Shown here piece by piece: positions 1 to 8,785 of a stretch of DNA of 64,000 bases. Within the stretch, counting starts at the first letter, position 1. The number at the start of each line of letters is the position of its first letter. Source of the DNA: a virus (Duplodnaviria > Caudoviricetes); the IMG/VR virus record IMGVR_UViG_3300028888_000116, positions 10,224 to 74,223 of that record; one strand, written 5' to 3'. A program made the position numbers and the translations under genes. Under the pieces are notes generated by a model. It was not told where the DNA came from and made no database searches. It was given only the letters and a program-made list of their open reading frames with translations.

Positions 1-1700
1 GAATTTCTATCTTGTGGCATATATAATCCTTTTAAGCCAGGGAAAGGGTTTGATACTCCGCCAAAAAATTGGCCAATTTGTGATACCGTACAACTATTTA
101 AATTAGTGAATTGGTCTAAAATTAAATATGTTGGCTTTGTTTCATCTCCCAATATATGTTTTAACGCATTTAAATTTTGAGTTCTCCATTCACTTTGTGC
201 GTTATTTCCCATTATATATGTTAAATCTAATGAACGGGTATTACCATTTCCACTTAAACCAGGTCTTATATAAGCGACTGGATATGTGTCCCAATCCCAA
301 TTATCCCAATATTCAGTTATACTTTCTCTTGAATCACTACTATATCTAAATCTAGGTATATCATAAGCTACTGTACTGCCCTTGGGCAGATTATTTATAT
401 CAAGCTCCCCAAGGGCTATAGGCGAGAAATCTGATAAATCACTTTGAGTATAATTAAATGGTTCAAAATCAGAAGAAACCCAACCAGTATAATAAACATC
501 ATAATTTTCATTACTAGATGTTATTCTAAGTGCGATATATGTATCATTTCCATATTTACAGCTATAACATTCAACTGGAGCTCCATTTCCTTGTGTCCAA
601 TAATTATTTAAAACTCCATTTGCTTGATTCAAAAGAACATCAAAGCTATAAACATTTGAAGGGCCTCTAATTAAAAAGTGCCCATAAGAATATGTTTGCT
701 CTTGTGAATTATAATTATTAAAAATCATATATTGGCCTTTTGTTTGAGTATTTCCCAAATAAAGATTTGCTACCCAAACGGTATCATTTTCTGATACAAC
801 TCTGGCCTCTTCAAAAACTGCTTTTTTAGAAACACCTCCACCTAAAACATCAAGTGATAATTCATCTTTTTTGAATATGAAAGTGTCTTTTGGAATATCC
901 TCTCCGTTAAGAGTAAAATCCTGAGTTATTTTCCAACAAGTTCCTATTTTATAATTTGAAAAATCAGATGGCGGAGCTGTAAGAGGTCCAGCATATTGAA
1001 TAACTTTATTATTTTCAAAATCTATGTTATCTTCTAATAATTGATTTATTGCATCAATATCATCTTGAAGAGCTGAATCCACATCAGCTCTTTCTGAAGC
1101 CTCAGCATCAATCGCATCAGATAAATCAGAGTCAGCTCCTTGTCTTGCTGATTCTTCTGCAATTATTGCATCAGATAAATCTGAATCGGCAGATTCTCTA
1201 GCAGAAGTCTCAGCTGATATAGCATCAGATAAATCAGAATCTGCATTTTCCCTATTTGTCGCTTCAGCTTCAATATTATCTTGAAGTGTTATATCAGCAT
1301 TCTCTCTGGCAGTTTCTTCATCATTAATGAATTTGTCAACTTCCATAGTTGAATATGTATTTAATCTAACTTCTTGATAAGTATTTCCACCAGGCAATTT
1401 AATAAAAAGAGAATTGACTTTCCTATTCTGATATGTTGTAGAGTCATTCTTGATTAAAAATACTGAATAATCAGCGGCATTCTGATTCAAACTTGAAACT
1501 TTATCAACTTCACCTTCATAATGGAGAGCTTTTACTCCTTTATTGTAAGCATCTTCACTTCCTACTGGGATTAATTCTCCATTATATTTTTCATAGATAG
1601 TTTTATTTGTCTTATTGAAAACGAAAACTCTATCTGGTATATAATCGACTAAGAATTCAATACTATTAGAATCAGTAGTAATATTTTTTACAAATTCCAT
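1..1700 (-). CDS. Tail fibre-like virion protein, 3' end beyond the window edge (>=566 aa)
   Basis: Not in the ORF track. Hand translation from ATG at 1700 (MEFVKNITTDSNSIEF...) stays open to position 1. It has 18-aa coiled-coil repeats (AE..AR..ADSDLSDAI) followed by an aromatic/Gly-rich region. A variant late motif ACTATTTA lies 5 nt before the ATG. Confidence 0.7.
   Translation of the reverse strand, partial: MEFVKNITTDSNSIEFLVDYIPDRVFVFNKTNKTIYEKYNGELIPVGSEDAYNKGVKALHYEGEVDKVSSLNQNAADYSVFLIKNDSTTYQNRKVNSLFIKLPGGNTYQEVRLNTYSTMEVDKFINDEETARENADITLQDNIEAEATNRENADSDLSDAISAETSARESADSDLSDAIIAEESARQGADSDLSDAIDAEASERADVDSALQDDIDAINQLLEDNIDFENNKVIQYAGPLTAPPSDFSNYKIGTCWKITQDFTLNGEDIPKDTFIFKKDELSLDVLGGGVSKKAVFEEARVVSENDTVWVANLYLGNTQTKGQYMIFNNYNSQEQTYSYGHFLIRGPSNVYSFDVLLNQANGVLNNYWTQGNGAPVECYSCKYGNDTYIALRITSSNENYDVYYTGWVSSDFEPFNYTQSDLSDFSPIALGELDINNLPKGSTVAYDIPRFRYSSDSRESITEYWDNWDWDTYPVAYIRPGLSGNGNTRSLDLTYIMGNNAQSEWRTQNLNALKHILGDETKPTYLILDQFTNLNSCTVSQIGQFFGGVSNPFPGLKGLYMPQDRN
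1060..1330 (-). repeat. 54-bp (18-aa) degenerate coding tandem repeat
   Basis: GCATCAGATAAATC recurs at 1114, 1168 and 1222 (period 54), encoding repeated ADSDLSDAI units. Confidence 0.85.
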
Positions 1701-1711
1701 AATATTAAATA

Positions 1712-1755
1712 GTACTTTTCTTAAGGTTTTCATTATATTATAAATATAGGAGATT
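1712..1755 (+). promoter_or_regulatory. Class E (early-type) promoter plus RBS
   Basis: GTACTT-N18-TATTAT-AAATATAGGAG. The 25-mer 1731-1755 is identical to the reverse complement of 22356-22380. Confidence 0.7.
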
Positions 1756-1760
1756 GCTCT

Positions 1761-2276
1761 ATGAGATTTGATATAAGTATCTTAAATGAAGAAGAAAGAG
1801 ATGAAGCATTAAATATTGCTACTGAAATTTCTATGGCAGCGATGGAAATGGATTTTGAAAAAGTAAGGATTCAACTCGATTCTATTCAAGAGATATTTGA
1901 CGACCATTATTCTAAAATTGAGAATAAGCTTCGTGCAGAAGAGCATAATAACTTCCTACAACTCATAGAAAAAAATGAAAATGGTGGACAGGACACTTTA
2001 ACAATCCCAAAACATAGGGGAAAATTTTATTGGCCGATTTTCAGAAAAGATATTATGAAAGAAACTGAAAAGGCATTCGGTATTCTTGATTTGGAAGCTA
2101 CAGAAGAAATGCGACAAGAATCATTGAAGAAATGGAAATCAGAGCCAATTCATTGGTTACCAAAATCAAAAATAATCGTTTACCAAGGTCTTTATTTCAT
2201 TCCATCTGATTATTGCCAGATTTCTTATATGGATAAATTTAAAAGTAGCTATATTATAAAAACATTTAATATTTAA
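1761..2276 (+). CDS. Hypothetical protein
   Basis: 171-aa ORF with an AGGAG RBS and phage-typical codon use. Confidence 0.8.
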   Translation: MRFDISILNEEERDEALNIATEISMAAMEMDFEKVRIQLDSIQEIFDDHYSKIENKLRAEEHNNFLQLIEKNENGGQDTLTIPKHRGKFYWPIFRKDIMKETEKAFGILDLEATEEMRQESLKKWKSEPIHWLPKSKIIVYQGLYFIPSDYCQISYMDKFKSSYIIKTFNI

Positions 2277-2308
2277 AAAATAAGGTCGGGTAAATCCCGA
2301 CCTTTTTT
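2275..2308. terminator. Bidirectional intrinsic terminator
   Basis: AAGGTCGGG-taaat-CCCGACCTT flanked by A and T tracts, between convergent genes. Confidence 0.85.
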
Positions 2309-2309
2309 A

Positions 2310-3119
2310 TTACCAAAATTTAAATATAAAATGTCCACCTTGATAAATCAATTCTAAAGAAATTAAAGAAATCCCAGCAGAATATAACATTGTAGTTCCA
2401 GTTCTAATATCACCTTGAGAAAAAGGAATAATAGAACAAACAGCAACACCAATTGGCGCCAATGGAACTAGGAAATTTCCTAAAGTATAAAGATTTGAGA
2501 ATCTTCTGTCTCTCTCATAATCTAATTTCTGATGTTCATTCCATTCAAACTCTAAAAGCTCTTTTTCTTTTTTAATTATTTCAACTTCTTCTAGAGCTGC
2601 TGAAAATAATTCAATTGCATTCTCAGTATCACCTTTATTACTTAGAAGTGCCTTGTTCGCTAGATTCAGACAATCCGATAACTGATTTGATAAATTCTTC
2701 ATCGAGCTCAGCTCTTCTAATACTGAGGTCGAATAAGTCATTGATAGTTGAGTTTGCCAATTGTAAAGATTCTTGATAAGTTTTAGTAATTGAGGCAAGC
2801 TCATCGAGTTTGGATTTGTATTGTTTATTAAGTTCTTCAGCTGCTCCGATACTTCTTCTGGCATCTTCGTTATGTCCGATTGCATTGTTGAGATTATTAA
2901 TTCCAGTTTCAATTTCAGTTCCTGCTCGGCCTGCTGACTGTCCAATAGTGTCGATTCGTTGCTCAATTCTTCCGCTATTTGATTCAGCTCGTTTAAATCT
3001 GGTTGCATATCCTGCCCAAAAACCGAGTGAGAAAATGATAAGAATAGTACCAGCGATAATAGAATACTTAATGATTTTTTTCTTGTCAATTTCCATTGAA
3101 AAATTTTTGATTTTAACAT
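2310..3119 (-). CDS. Signal-peptide, coiled-coil protein with C-terminal hydrophobic segments; outer spanin-like candidate
   Basis: 269 aa. Basic then hydrophobic N-terminus ending SHSVFG/QD, long helical middle, hydrophobic C-terminus ending FIFKFW. Overlaps 2638..3123 in another frame. Confidence 0.6.
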   Translation of the reverse strand: MLKSKIFQWKLTRKKSLSILLSLVLFLSFSHSVFGQDMQPDLNELNQIAEELSNESTLLDSQQAEQELKLKLELIISTMQSDITKMPEEVSEQLKNLINNTNPNSMSLPQLLKLIKNLYNWQTQLSMTYSTSVLEELSSMKNLSNQLSDCLNLANKALLSNKGDTENAIELFSAALEEVEIIKKEKELLEFEWNEHQKLDYERDRRFSNLYTLGNFLVPLAPIGVAVCSIIPFSQGDIRTGTTMLYSAGISLISLELIYQGGHFIFKFW

Positions 3120-3123
3120 TCAT
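2638..3123 (-). CDS. Single-TM coiled-coil protein; i-spanin (Rz)-like candidate
   Basis: 161 aa. KKK, then a TM (IIAGTILIIFSLGFWAGY), then a long amphipathic helix. AGGGG RBS upstream. Confidence 0.65.
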   Translation of the reverse strand: MNVKIKNFSMEIDKKKIIKYSIIAGTILIIFSLGFWAGYATRFKRAESNSGRIEQRIDTIGQSAGRAGTEIETGINNLNNAIGHNEDARRSIGAAEELNKQYKSKLDELASITKTYQESLQLANSTINDLFDLSIRRAELDEEFIKSVIGLSESSEQGTSK

Positions 3124-3143
3124 TTTCGCCCCTTTTTGATATT

Positions 3144-3161
3144 CATTTAGTCTACTAATTA
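3144..3161. promoter_or_regulatory. Back-to-back class L (late-type) promoter motifs
   Basis: ACTAATTA at 3154-3161 (+, 3 nt before ATG 3165) and ACTAAATG at 3151-3144 (-, ahead of the nested pair). Confidence 0.6.
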
Positions 3162-3164
3162 AAT

Positions 3165-3701
3165 ATGATAAGAGACTTCCAAAAGAGACTCGCTATAAAA
3201 CACGGAATTATAGCAAGGAAAATATTAGATAATAATATCGAACTCGAAGGTACTCCACAAGACTGTATAAGAATTAGATATAAAAAGACTAGAGATGGAG
3301 ATACAGAAACTTGGGAAGTATTGATGGCCGATATTCAAAATATCTATTTTCCACCTCTTGACGATGTACCTTTCAGAAAATTAGAAGATAAGGGAGAAGG
3401 TAAATATAAAATAACTTCTCTCGTTAATTCATTCGCTGATGAAAATGTGGATATTTATAAATTAATATTCACTCATAAATCTGATTTAAATGTCGGTGAC
3501 CTAATTATAAGAGTTTTTCACGACCCCGATGTAAAGGAACCAATTATTCTTGTTTTTGAATTAACTGAATTATTGGGAACATTTGGGGAAATGCTTGAAA
3601 GTCAGAGTGCAAATTCAGTTTTGGCAACTAGAGATATACCAGATGAGATAGCTGAAGTTGTTTCCGAAATGGCAAAGAGACGATTAAAATTAGGATTTTA
3701 A
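3165..3701 (+). CDS. Putative virion structural protein (neck/head completion-like, unassigned)
   Basis: 178 aa, first gene of the tail tube/baseplate block, class L motif upstream. Function is from context only. Confidence 0.55.
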   Translation: MIRDFQKRLAIKHGIIARKILDNNIELEGTPQDCIRIRYKKTRDGDTETWEVLMADIQNIYFPPLDDVPFRKLEDKGEGKYKITSLVNSFADENVDIYKLIFTHKSDLNVGDLIIRVFHDPDVKEPIILVFELTELLGTFGEMLESQSANSVLATRDIPDEIAEVVSEMAKRRLKLGF

Positions 3702-3740
3702 ATCAACTAAATATATAAATTTTAATGGAGAATTAGAAAT

Positions 3741-4469
3741 ATGGCATACAATAATAAAATGATTGATTCTATGATGGCATATAGCGCTGATGCCTTCAAG
3801 AATATGTATGATATTTATATCGACTGGCCTGGTTCATTATCGGCTGCTGAAAATAATCAGAATCTTATTTCTGTAAGGGCTAAAGGAATAAAAATACCAG
3901 ACCTCGGTGCTGCAACTTATGATAGACACTACCACGGAAATAAAATTGCTCTTCCAAAACCAGAACAAGAATTTGAAAGAAACGTTGAAATCACATTTAC
4001 AATGGATGCCGGATTCCAATATTATCAGAACTTCTGTAAATGGCTTTCAGTTGTAGTTGATGCGGTAAATGGTGGAACGTCAAACTGGCCAGCATTAAGA
4101 GGCACCCTTTATGCTGTACCTTTAAAAGGAATTTTCTTACCAGCTGGGTATGAATCAAAAACTGGAGCTGACGGTACAATAACTAATAATATTACAGCTG
4201 CTACTAATTCAAAAGTAATTAATCCTAGTTATATTAATGGAACACCAGATGGAAGTGATAAAGCTGGTGCACTTAATCTTGGTAAAGTAAAAGATTTTGG
4301 TTGGAAATTCAGCGAATGTTGGGTTTCAAAAGTAACAGCACCTGATTTTGCTGTTGATTCATCAGAGCCATTGGAGTTTACTGTTACATTCCAGTTCTTG
4401 GATTATGATGCTCCTGCATTTGGTGGATTCAGAAACTCACAGAACCTTGAATTAGGCGGAACAAATTAA
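3741..4469 (+). CDS. Tail tube protein (T4 gp19-like fold)
   Basis: YDIYIDWP...VRAKGIKIP...YHGNKIALP...VEITFTMD..FQYYQNFCKW...FTVTFQFLDY follows the gp19 pattern. ACTAAATA at 3706-3713, GGAG RBS. Confidence 0.75.
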   Translation: MAYNNKMIDSMMAYSADAFKNMYDIYIDWPGSLSAAENNQNLISVRAKGIKIPDLGAATYDRHYHGNKIALPKPEQEFERNVEITFTMDAGFQYYQNFCKWLSVVVDAVNGGTSNWPALRGTLYAVPLKGIFLPAGYESKTGADGTITNNITAATNSKVINPSYINGTPDGSDKAGALNLGKVKDFGWKFSECWVSKVTAPDFAVDSSEPLEFTVTFQFLDYDAPAFGGFRNSQNLELGGTN

Positions 4470-4493
4470 TAAATTAATTTAAATTAAAAATAT

Positions 4494-4522
4494 AAGGGTA
4501 CGAGAAATCGTACCCTTTTTTT
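4494..4522 (+). terminator. Intrinsic terminator after the tail tube gene
   Basis: AAGGGTACGA-gaaa-TCGTACCCTT followed by a T tract. Confidence 0.85.
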
Positions 4523-4542
4523 ATTCCACTAAATATATTATA

Positions 4543-6030
4543 ATGGCAGATGTTAAAATCGACGAAAAAGAATTAGAAAAGAAAGAGTTTTGGGATTGGG
4601 GAAAGGACGAGAATGGTAACGTCCTTGGTGGCTCTTCAGCTCTAATTGATAATTTAAAAAAAGATTATGATGATGGACTCAAAGACCAAAGAGAAAAAAT
4701 CAATGAAAAATATATAGACGACACCGTAAGAACTAAAGATAAAGATAGCTGGAATTGGTATAATGCTCAATGGAGAAATGATTGGCTAGATGGTATTGAT
4801 AATGCTATAAATAATTTTAATACAAGTGGATATACCAATGCATTAAATAGTTTTATAAATGATACAAATAAAGAAGATGACTCTATACAAAGCGGCATCA
4901 ATAATGCTGTTAAAAGCCTAAATGATAAAATTACTAATGGTTGGGTTAAAGATTATAATGATTGGTTTGATTCACTTGATAATTGGACAAAATTTTTAGA
5001 TAATGATTATTACCAAAACATATTGACAAATACTGGAAATTTTGCAAATAACTGGTTAACAAATGCGGTAATATCTGATTGGCTTGGTATGGGTCCTATA
5101 AATGAAGGTGAAAGTGGTTTATTAAAAATATTAAATAATTCTGTAAAATCACGTAGTAAATTTGTTGTTACAAATATTAAAAATGAAGATAAAAACAAAT
5201 TTGAAGAAAATTATAGTATTATAAATCCATATATAAAAAAGATGTTTGAAGCTGGACCAGATTTATTTTCAAATAGTTTTGATATATTTTTTATAGTTGA
5301 ATCATTAGATGGAAAAAAAGATTTTATTGGGCCAAGCGATATTAAATTTGGAGAAACAGATAAAAATTTAAATGCTCTTATATCTAATTATAATGATTTA
5401 ACCGTTAGAACTGCTTCAATTTCAATACCTCAAAGAATGCAATCATCATATACTCAAAAGATTTTAAATTTATCTACTGAAATGGTTTCTCATTCAGTAG
5501 AATTTGAGAATAAAGCTGAATTAAAAATTGATTTAGATAGTAGCCTTTCAGTAATAGATTTAATAAATTCATTATCGGGATTACCTGATTATACTAAAAA
5601 ATCATCTATAGCTGATTCTGCGGAAGAGAATACAACAGAAAAAGAAAAATATACTTTTAGTAAAAATAATAATGATGATGAACCTACTTTTGGAGCATCA
5701 TATCATAATTCAAGTATAAAAAGATTGGATATTTATGTAAACTCAAGAAGCTTTAAAAATATTCATCATTTATATTGGAATCCGAATGCTGAAGGTTCAA
5801 TAAATAATATTATTTATGTTTTTTATAATTGTAAATTTTTAGGAACAGACTCAATTTCTTTTTCAAGGGATTCTGTTGATGTTCAAAATAAATCATTTCC
5901 TTTTATTTTTGAGCATTTATATGAAGTATATAAAATGTATTCTGATATTGCTCCACAAGAAGGTCAACAATTAATAATGGATAATTTTAAAGATACCAAA
6001 AATGATGTTGAATTTATAACTCATTTATAA
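4543..6030 (+). CDS. Baseplate/tube-initiator-like protein with C-terminal tube-fold domain
   Basis: 495 aa. C-terminal half VRTASISIP...FLGTDSISFSRDS..FIFEHLY parallels the tube protein and 6041..7648. ACTAAATA 7 nt before the ATG. Confidence 0.55.
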   Translation: MADVKIDEKELEKKEFWDWGKDENGNVLGGSSALIDNLKKDYDDGLKDQREKINEKYIDDTVRTKDKDSWNWYNAQWRNDWLDGIDNAINNFNTSGYTNALNSFINDTNKEDDSIQSGINNAVKSLNDKITNGWVKDYNDWFDSLDNWTKFLDNDYYQNILTNTGNFANNWLTNAVISDWLGMGPINEGESGLLKILNNSVKSRSKFVVTNIKNEDKNKFEENYSIINPYIKKMFEAGPDLFSNSFDIFFIVESLDGKKDFIGPSDIKFGETDKNLNALISNYNDLTVRTASISIPQRMQSSYTQKILNLSTEMVSHSVEFENKAELKIDLDSSLSVIDLINSLSGLPDYTKKSSIADSAEENTTEKEKYTFSKNNNDDEPTFGASYHNSSIKRLDIYVNSRSFKNIHHLYWNPNAEGSINNIIYVFYNCKFLGTDSISFSRDSVDVQNKSFPFIFEHLYEVYKMYSDIAPQEGQQLIMDNFKDTKNDVEFITHL

Positions 6031-6040
6031 GGGATAAAAG

Positions 6041-7648
6041 ATGGCGGACAAAACTACAGAGATTGATAAAAATACAGTTAAAGATTCTCTCAAAAAAGAT
6101 AAAGAATATGGAAAGACAAATTATCCTTTTGATGCGTATACATCTTATGATACTTATATGGCTCTTAAAGAAGAAGATAGGAAAAAGGAAGATGCAAATA
6201 GAGCTGTTGAATTTAGTGCATATTTTGAAGATTTTATTAAAAAACTTGATGATGATGCTGCTGATAAATTTAAAAAGAAATTAACAGAATTAGGTGCCGA
6301 TTTTAAAGAAGGAACAAAATTTTCAGATAGTGTAAGTAATATTATGAATGCTGATGATTTATTAGCACTTATTCAATATTGCTCTGATGAAGCTAATAAA
6401 ATGGTAGCTAAAGGAACTCCAACTGATGAAAAATCAATGGAAGAAGCTCAAAATATATTAAAAGAAGTATTATTAAATGATTTACAATATATAGCTCAAT
6501 ATTATACAGATAAAGAAAGATTTTTTAATAGAGAAGATTTTAATAAATTTATGATGGATTTAATTGCTGAGTTGAAAAATGTAAAATTTGCACCAAATAT
6601 TAAATTTAAAGATGGACTTGAAGCTGGATTAAATGCTGAGTTGAAAAATGTAAAATTTGCACCAAATATTAAATTTAAAGATGGACTTGAAGCTGGATTA
6701 AATGCTGAGTTTATTAATATATCTCAATTAGAAAATCTCTCAACTACTATTCATAATAATATTATAAGTAATCTTATAAAATTTGTTGAGACGGAATTAG
6801 TTAAAACGCCAGAAGATAAAATAGGAATTAAATTAGATAAAGATGGGCATACAAATCTCAATCAGAGAAATTATGAGAGTATGGGAAAAGTTGAAGAAAA
6901 TGTACTCTTAAATAGATTAATTTCAATGATGCCAGATTTCTCTCAAAATCTATTTACTATTGGATTTATTGGTATTAATGATGATTACAAAAATTTATCT
7001 GATTTTGCTTTGGACTATTTTAGAGATTTTGATGAAAATAGTGATGAGTTAACTGGAGAAAAATTTAATCATTTAAATAATAATATAGATGGATTTTATA
7101 CCAGAGTTTCAAGTTTTGAAATCCCAATGCCAAAAGCTCATACTATTCAATATAAATTCTTTACTAGAACTATAACAAAATTATCAGCTGGAATTGAACA
7201 GCCACATACTATAAATATTACTTTTAATGCTGACCAAAATGGGTATATCATAAATCATTTCCAAAGAATGGCTGGACAATTCAATGCATATCCGAAAAAA
7301 GATGAAACTAGAGAAATTTCTTTAGGAGCATTACAATCAATGTTTACTCCTGGCGGATTCATTGGTAGAGATAAAACTTTAAATATCTTTATTAAATTTA
7401 ATGATGTAATTGGTAAAGACCAATTTACTGGAAGAATCTATAATAATGATGATAATTACCAAAGATATGATTTTTCAAATGGCTCTTTAAAAGATTTCCA
7501 AAATAAAAACGGATATAATGGATTTTTTTTAGAAGATGTACAATTTCTTGGTTTTGATAACTCTATTGATTTTAATAGAGATTCAGCTAATCCAATAGAA
7601 ATGACTGGAAAATTCAGATTCAACCATCTTTATCGTATAGTTGCTTAA
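6041..7648 (+). CDS. Baseplate/tube-initiator-like protein with C-terminal tube-fold domain
   Basis: 535 aa. YTRVSSFEIP...INITFNADQ...VQFLGFDNSIDFNRDS...FRFNHLY is paralogous to the previous gene. Confidence 0.55.
   Translation: MADKTTEIDKNTVKDSLKKDKEYGKTNYPFDAYTSYDTYMALKEEDRKKEDANRAVEFSAYFEDFIKKLDDDAADKFKKKLTELGADFKEGTKFSDSVSNIMNADDLLALIQYCSDEANKMVAKGTPTDEKSMEEAQNILKEVLLNDLQYIAQYYTDKERFFNREDFNKFMMDLIAELKNVKFAPNIKFKDGLEAGLNAELKNVKFAPNIKFKDGLEAGLNAEFINISQLENLSTTIHNNIISNLIKFVETELVKTPEDKIGIKLDKDGHTNLNQRNYESMGKVEENVLLNRLISMMPDFSQNLFTIGFIGINDDYKNLSDFALDYFRDFDENSDELTGEKFNHLNNNIDGFYTRVSSFEIPMPKAHTIQYKFFTRTITKLSAGIEQPHTINITFNADQNGYIINHFQRMAGQFNAYPKKDETREISLGALQSMFTPGGFIGRDKTLNIFIKFNDVIGKDQFTGRIYNNDDNYQRYDFSNGSLKDFQNKNGYNGFFLEDVQFLGFDNSIDFNRDSANPIEMTGKFRFNHLYRIVA
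6566..6711 (+). repeat. Perfect in-frame 69-bp tandem duplication
   Basis: The unit starting GCTGAGTTGAAAAATG occurs at 6566 and 6635, with a partial third at 6704, giving AELKNVKFAPNIKFKDGLEAGLN twice. Confidence 0.95.
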
Positions 7649-7659
7649 ACTAAATAAAT

Positions 7660-8322
7660 ATGGATAAGAAAGAACTGGCAGAGTTCGAGTTCAATGGAAC
7701 TCAATATCTTTTTAATTTAGACCCAGCAACTGGAAATTTATTCTATCTCAAAAATGTAACATTTGAAGATATGCCACCAAATGAGGCTGCTGGAAGTGAT
7801 AAAGCTACTTCTGAAAAGAATCAGGCTACTCTCACACAAATATTAAGATATAGAGTTAAATCTGTAAAACTCGATAATACAATTGGAATTGAATTTGATA
7901 ATAATAGAATGCTTTTGCCAGGAAATCCTATCTGTGTTACTGGAATAAAAGAGTCTCATAATTTTACTATAGAATGGGTTGAAGATTCTTTTTTCAGAGT
8001 TCAAAAATTCCATAAAGAGTGGATAAGTCATTGGTTTCAGAATAAAACATTACAAGATGGCGTAAAAGGAAAATTTGTTTCGTTTATATTTGAAGTATTC
8101 TATTTAAATAATGAAGGTGGAATTTCTCCAAAATTATCACCTAAGCCAGCTTATACGATTAAACTTGACCATTGTGCGCCAATAGATTTATCAGATTTTA
8201 GTTTCTCTTATGATGAACAAGATAATGGAAAATCATTTGTTGGTAAATATGTTGCTAAAAATATAGAAATTATTGATAGCGATGAAGGTCCGAATGAAGA
8301 TAAAGTTTTAAAATATATTTAA
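7660..8322 (+). CDS. Tube-fold baseplate protein (gp48/gp54-like candidate)
   Basis: LRYRVKSVKL...FTIEWVEDS.FRVQKFHKEW...CAPIDLSDFSFSYD tube-like pattern. ACTAAATA 3 nt before the ATG. Confidence 0.5.
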   Translation: MDKKELAEFEFNGTQYLFNLDPATGNLFYLKNVTFEDMPPNEAAGSDKATSEKNQATLTQILRYRVKSVKLDNTIGIEFDNNRMLLPGNPICVTGIKESHNFTIEWVEDSFFRVQKFHKEWISHWFQNKTLQDGVKGKFVSFIFEVFYLNNEGGISPKLSPKPAYTIKLDHCAPIDLSDFSFSYDEQDNGKSFVGKYVAKNIEIIDSDEGPNEDKVLKYI

Positions 8323-8339
8323 AATATGAGGTGTAATAA

Positions 8340-8783
8340 ATGAATTCAATTTTAATAAATGATATTGAACAATTGAAGTCAGGCGTAGAAGATATTATCT
8401 CATATCAAGATATAAATTATCTTGGAGTAGATAAGAATGATACTATTACTGTTAAAAATGAAAATTGTTTATTACAGAAAATGAAAATCTGGCTACAATC
8501 TGATATAAATGACTACCATAGAAATCCTAAACTTGGTGGAGTTATAGTTGATAACGCTAGAAAAATGAGATTAACTAAGGAAAATGCTGGTAAACTAAGA
8601 GAATTGATTAAGACAGAATCGGAACTCTTATTTAAAGATATTTCCATTTATGATATTTCAGTAATCCCAAATGTAAAAGAAAGACGATGGGAAATTAAGA
8701 TTTCTGTCATTGACCCAGTAACTAAAATTGCTGATTCTTCAATGTATGATAATCAAAATTCTATTGCTATTTATACGGAGTAA
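8340..8783 (+). CDS. Baseplate wedge protein, gp25/GPW-like
   Basis: KMKIWLQS...YHRNPKLGG...LRELIK...ISIYDISV...WEIKISV matches the gp25 pattern; it precedes a gp6-like gene. Confidence 0.7.
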   Translation: MNSILINDIEQLKSGVEDIISYQDINYLGVDKNDTITVKNENCLLQKMKIWLQSDINDYHRNPKLGGVIVDNARKMRLTKENAGKLRELIKTESELLFKDISIYDISVIPNVKERRWEIKISVIDPVTKIADSSMYDNQNSIAIYTE

Positions 8784-8785
8784 AA

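Noticed and set aside
128-349. 73-aa plus-strand ORF from the track
   Set aside because: Antisense shadow of the long minus-strand gene 1..1700; no RBS and atypical composition.
2810-3139. 109-aa plus-strand ORF making a triple overlap
   Set aside because: Antisense to two same-strand frames, with no RBS or promoter; stop-free runs are expected opposite constrained sequence.
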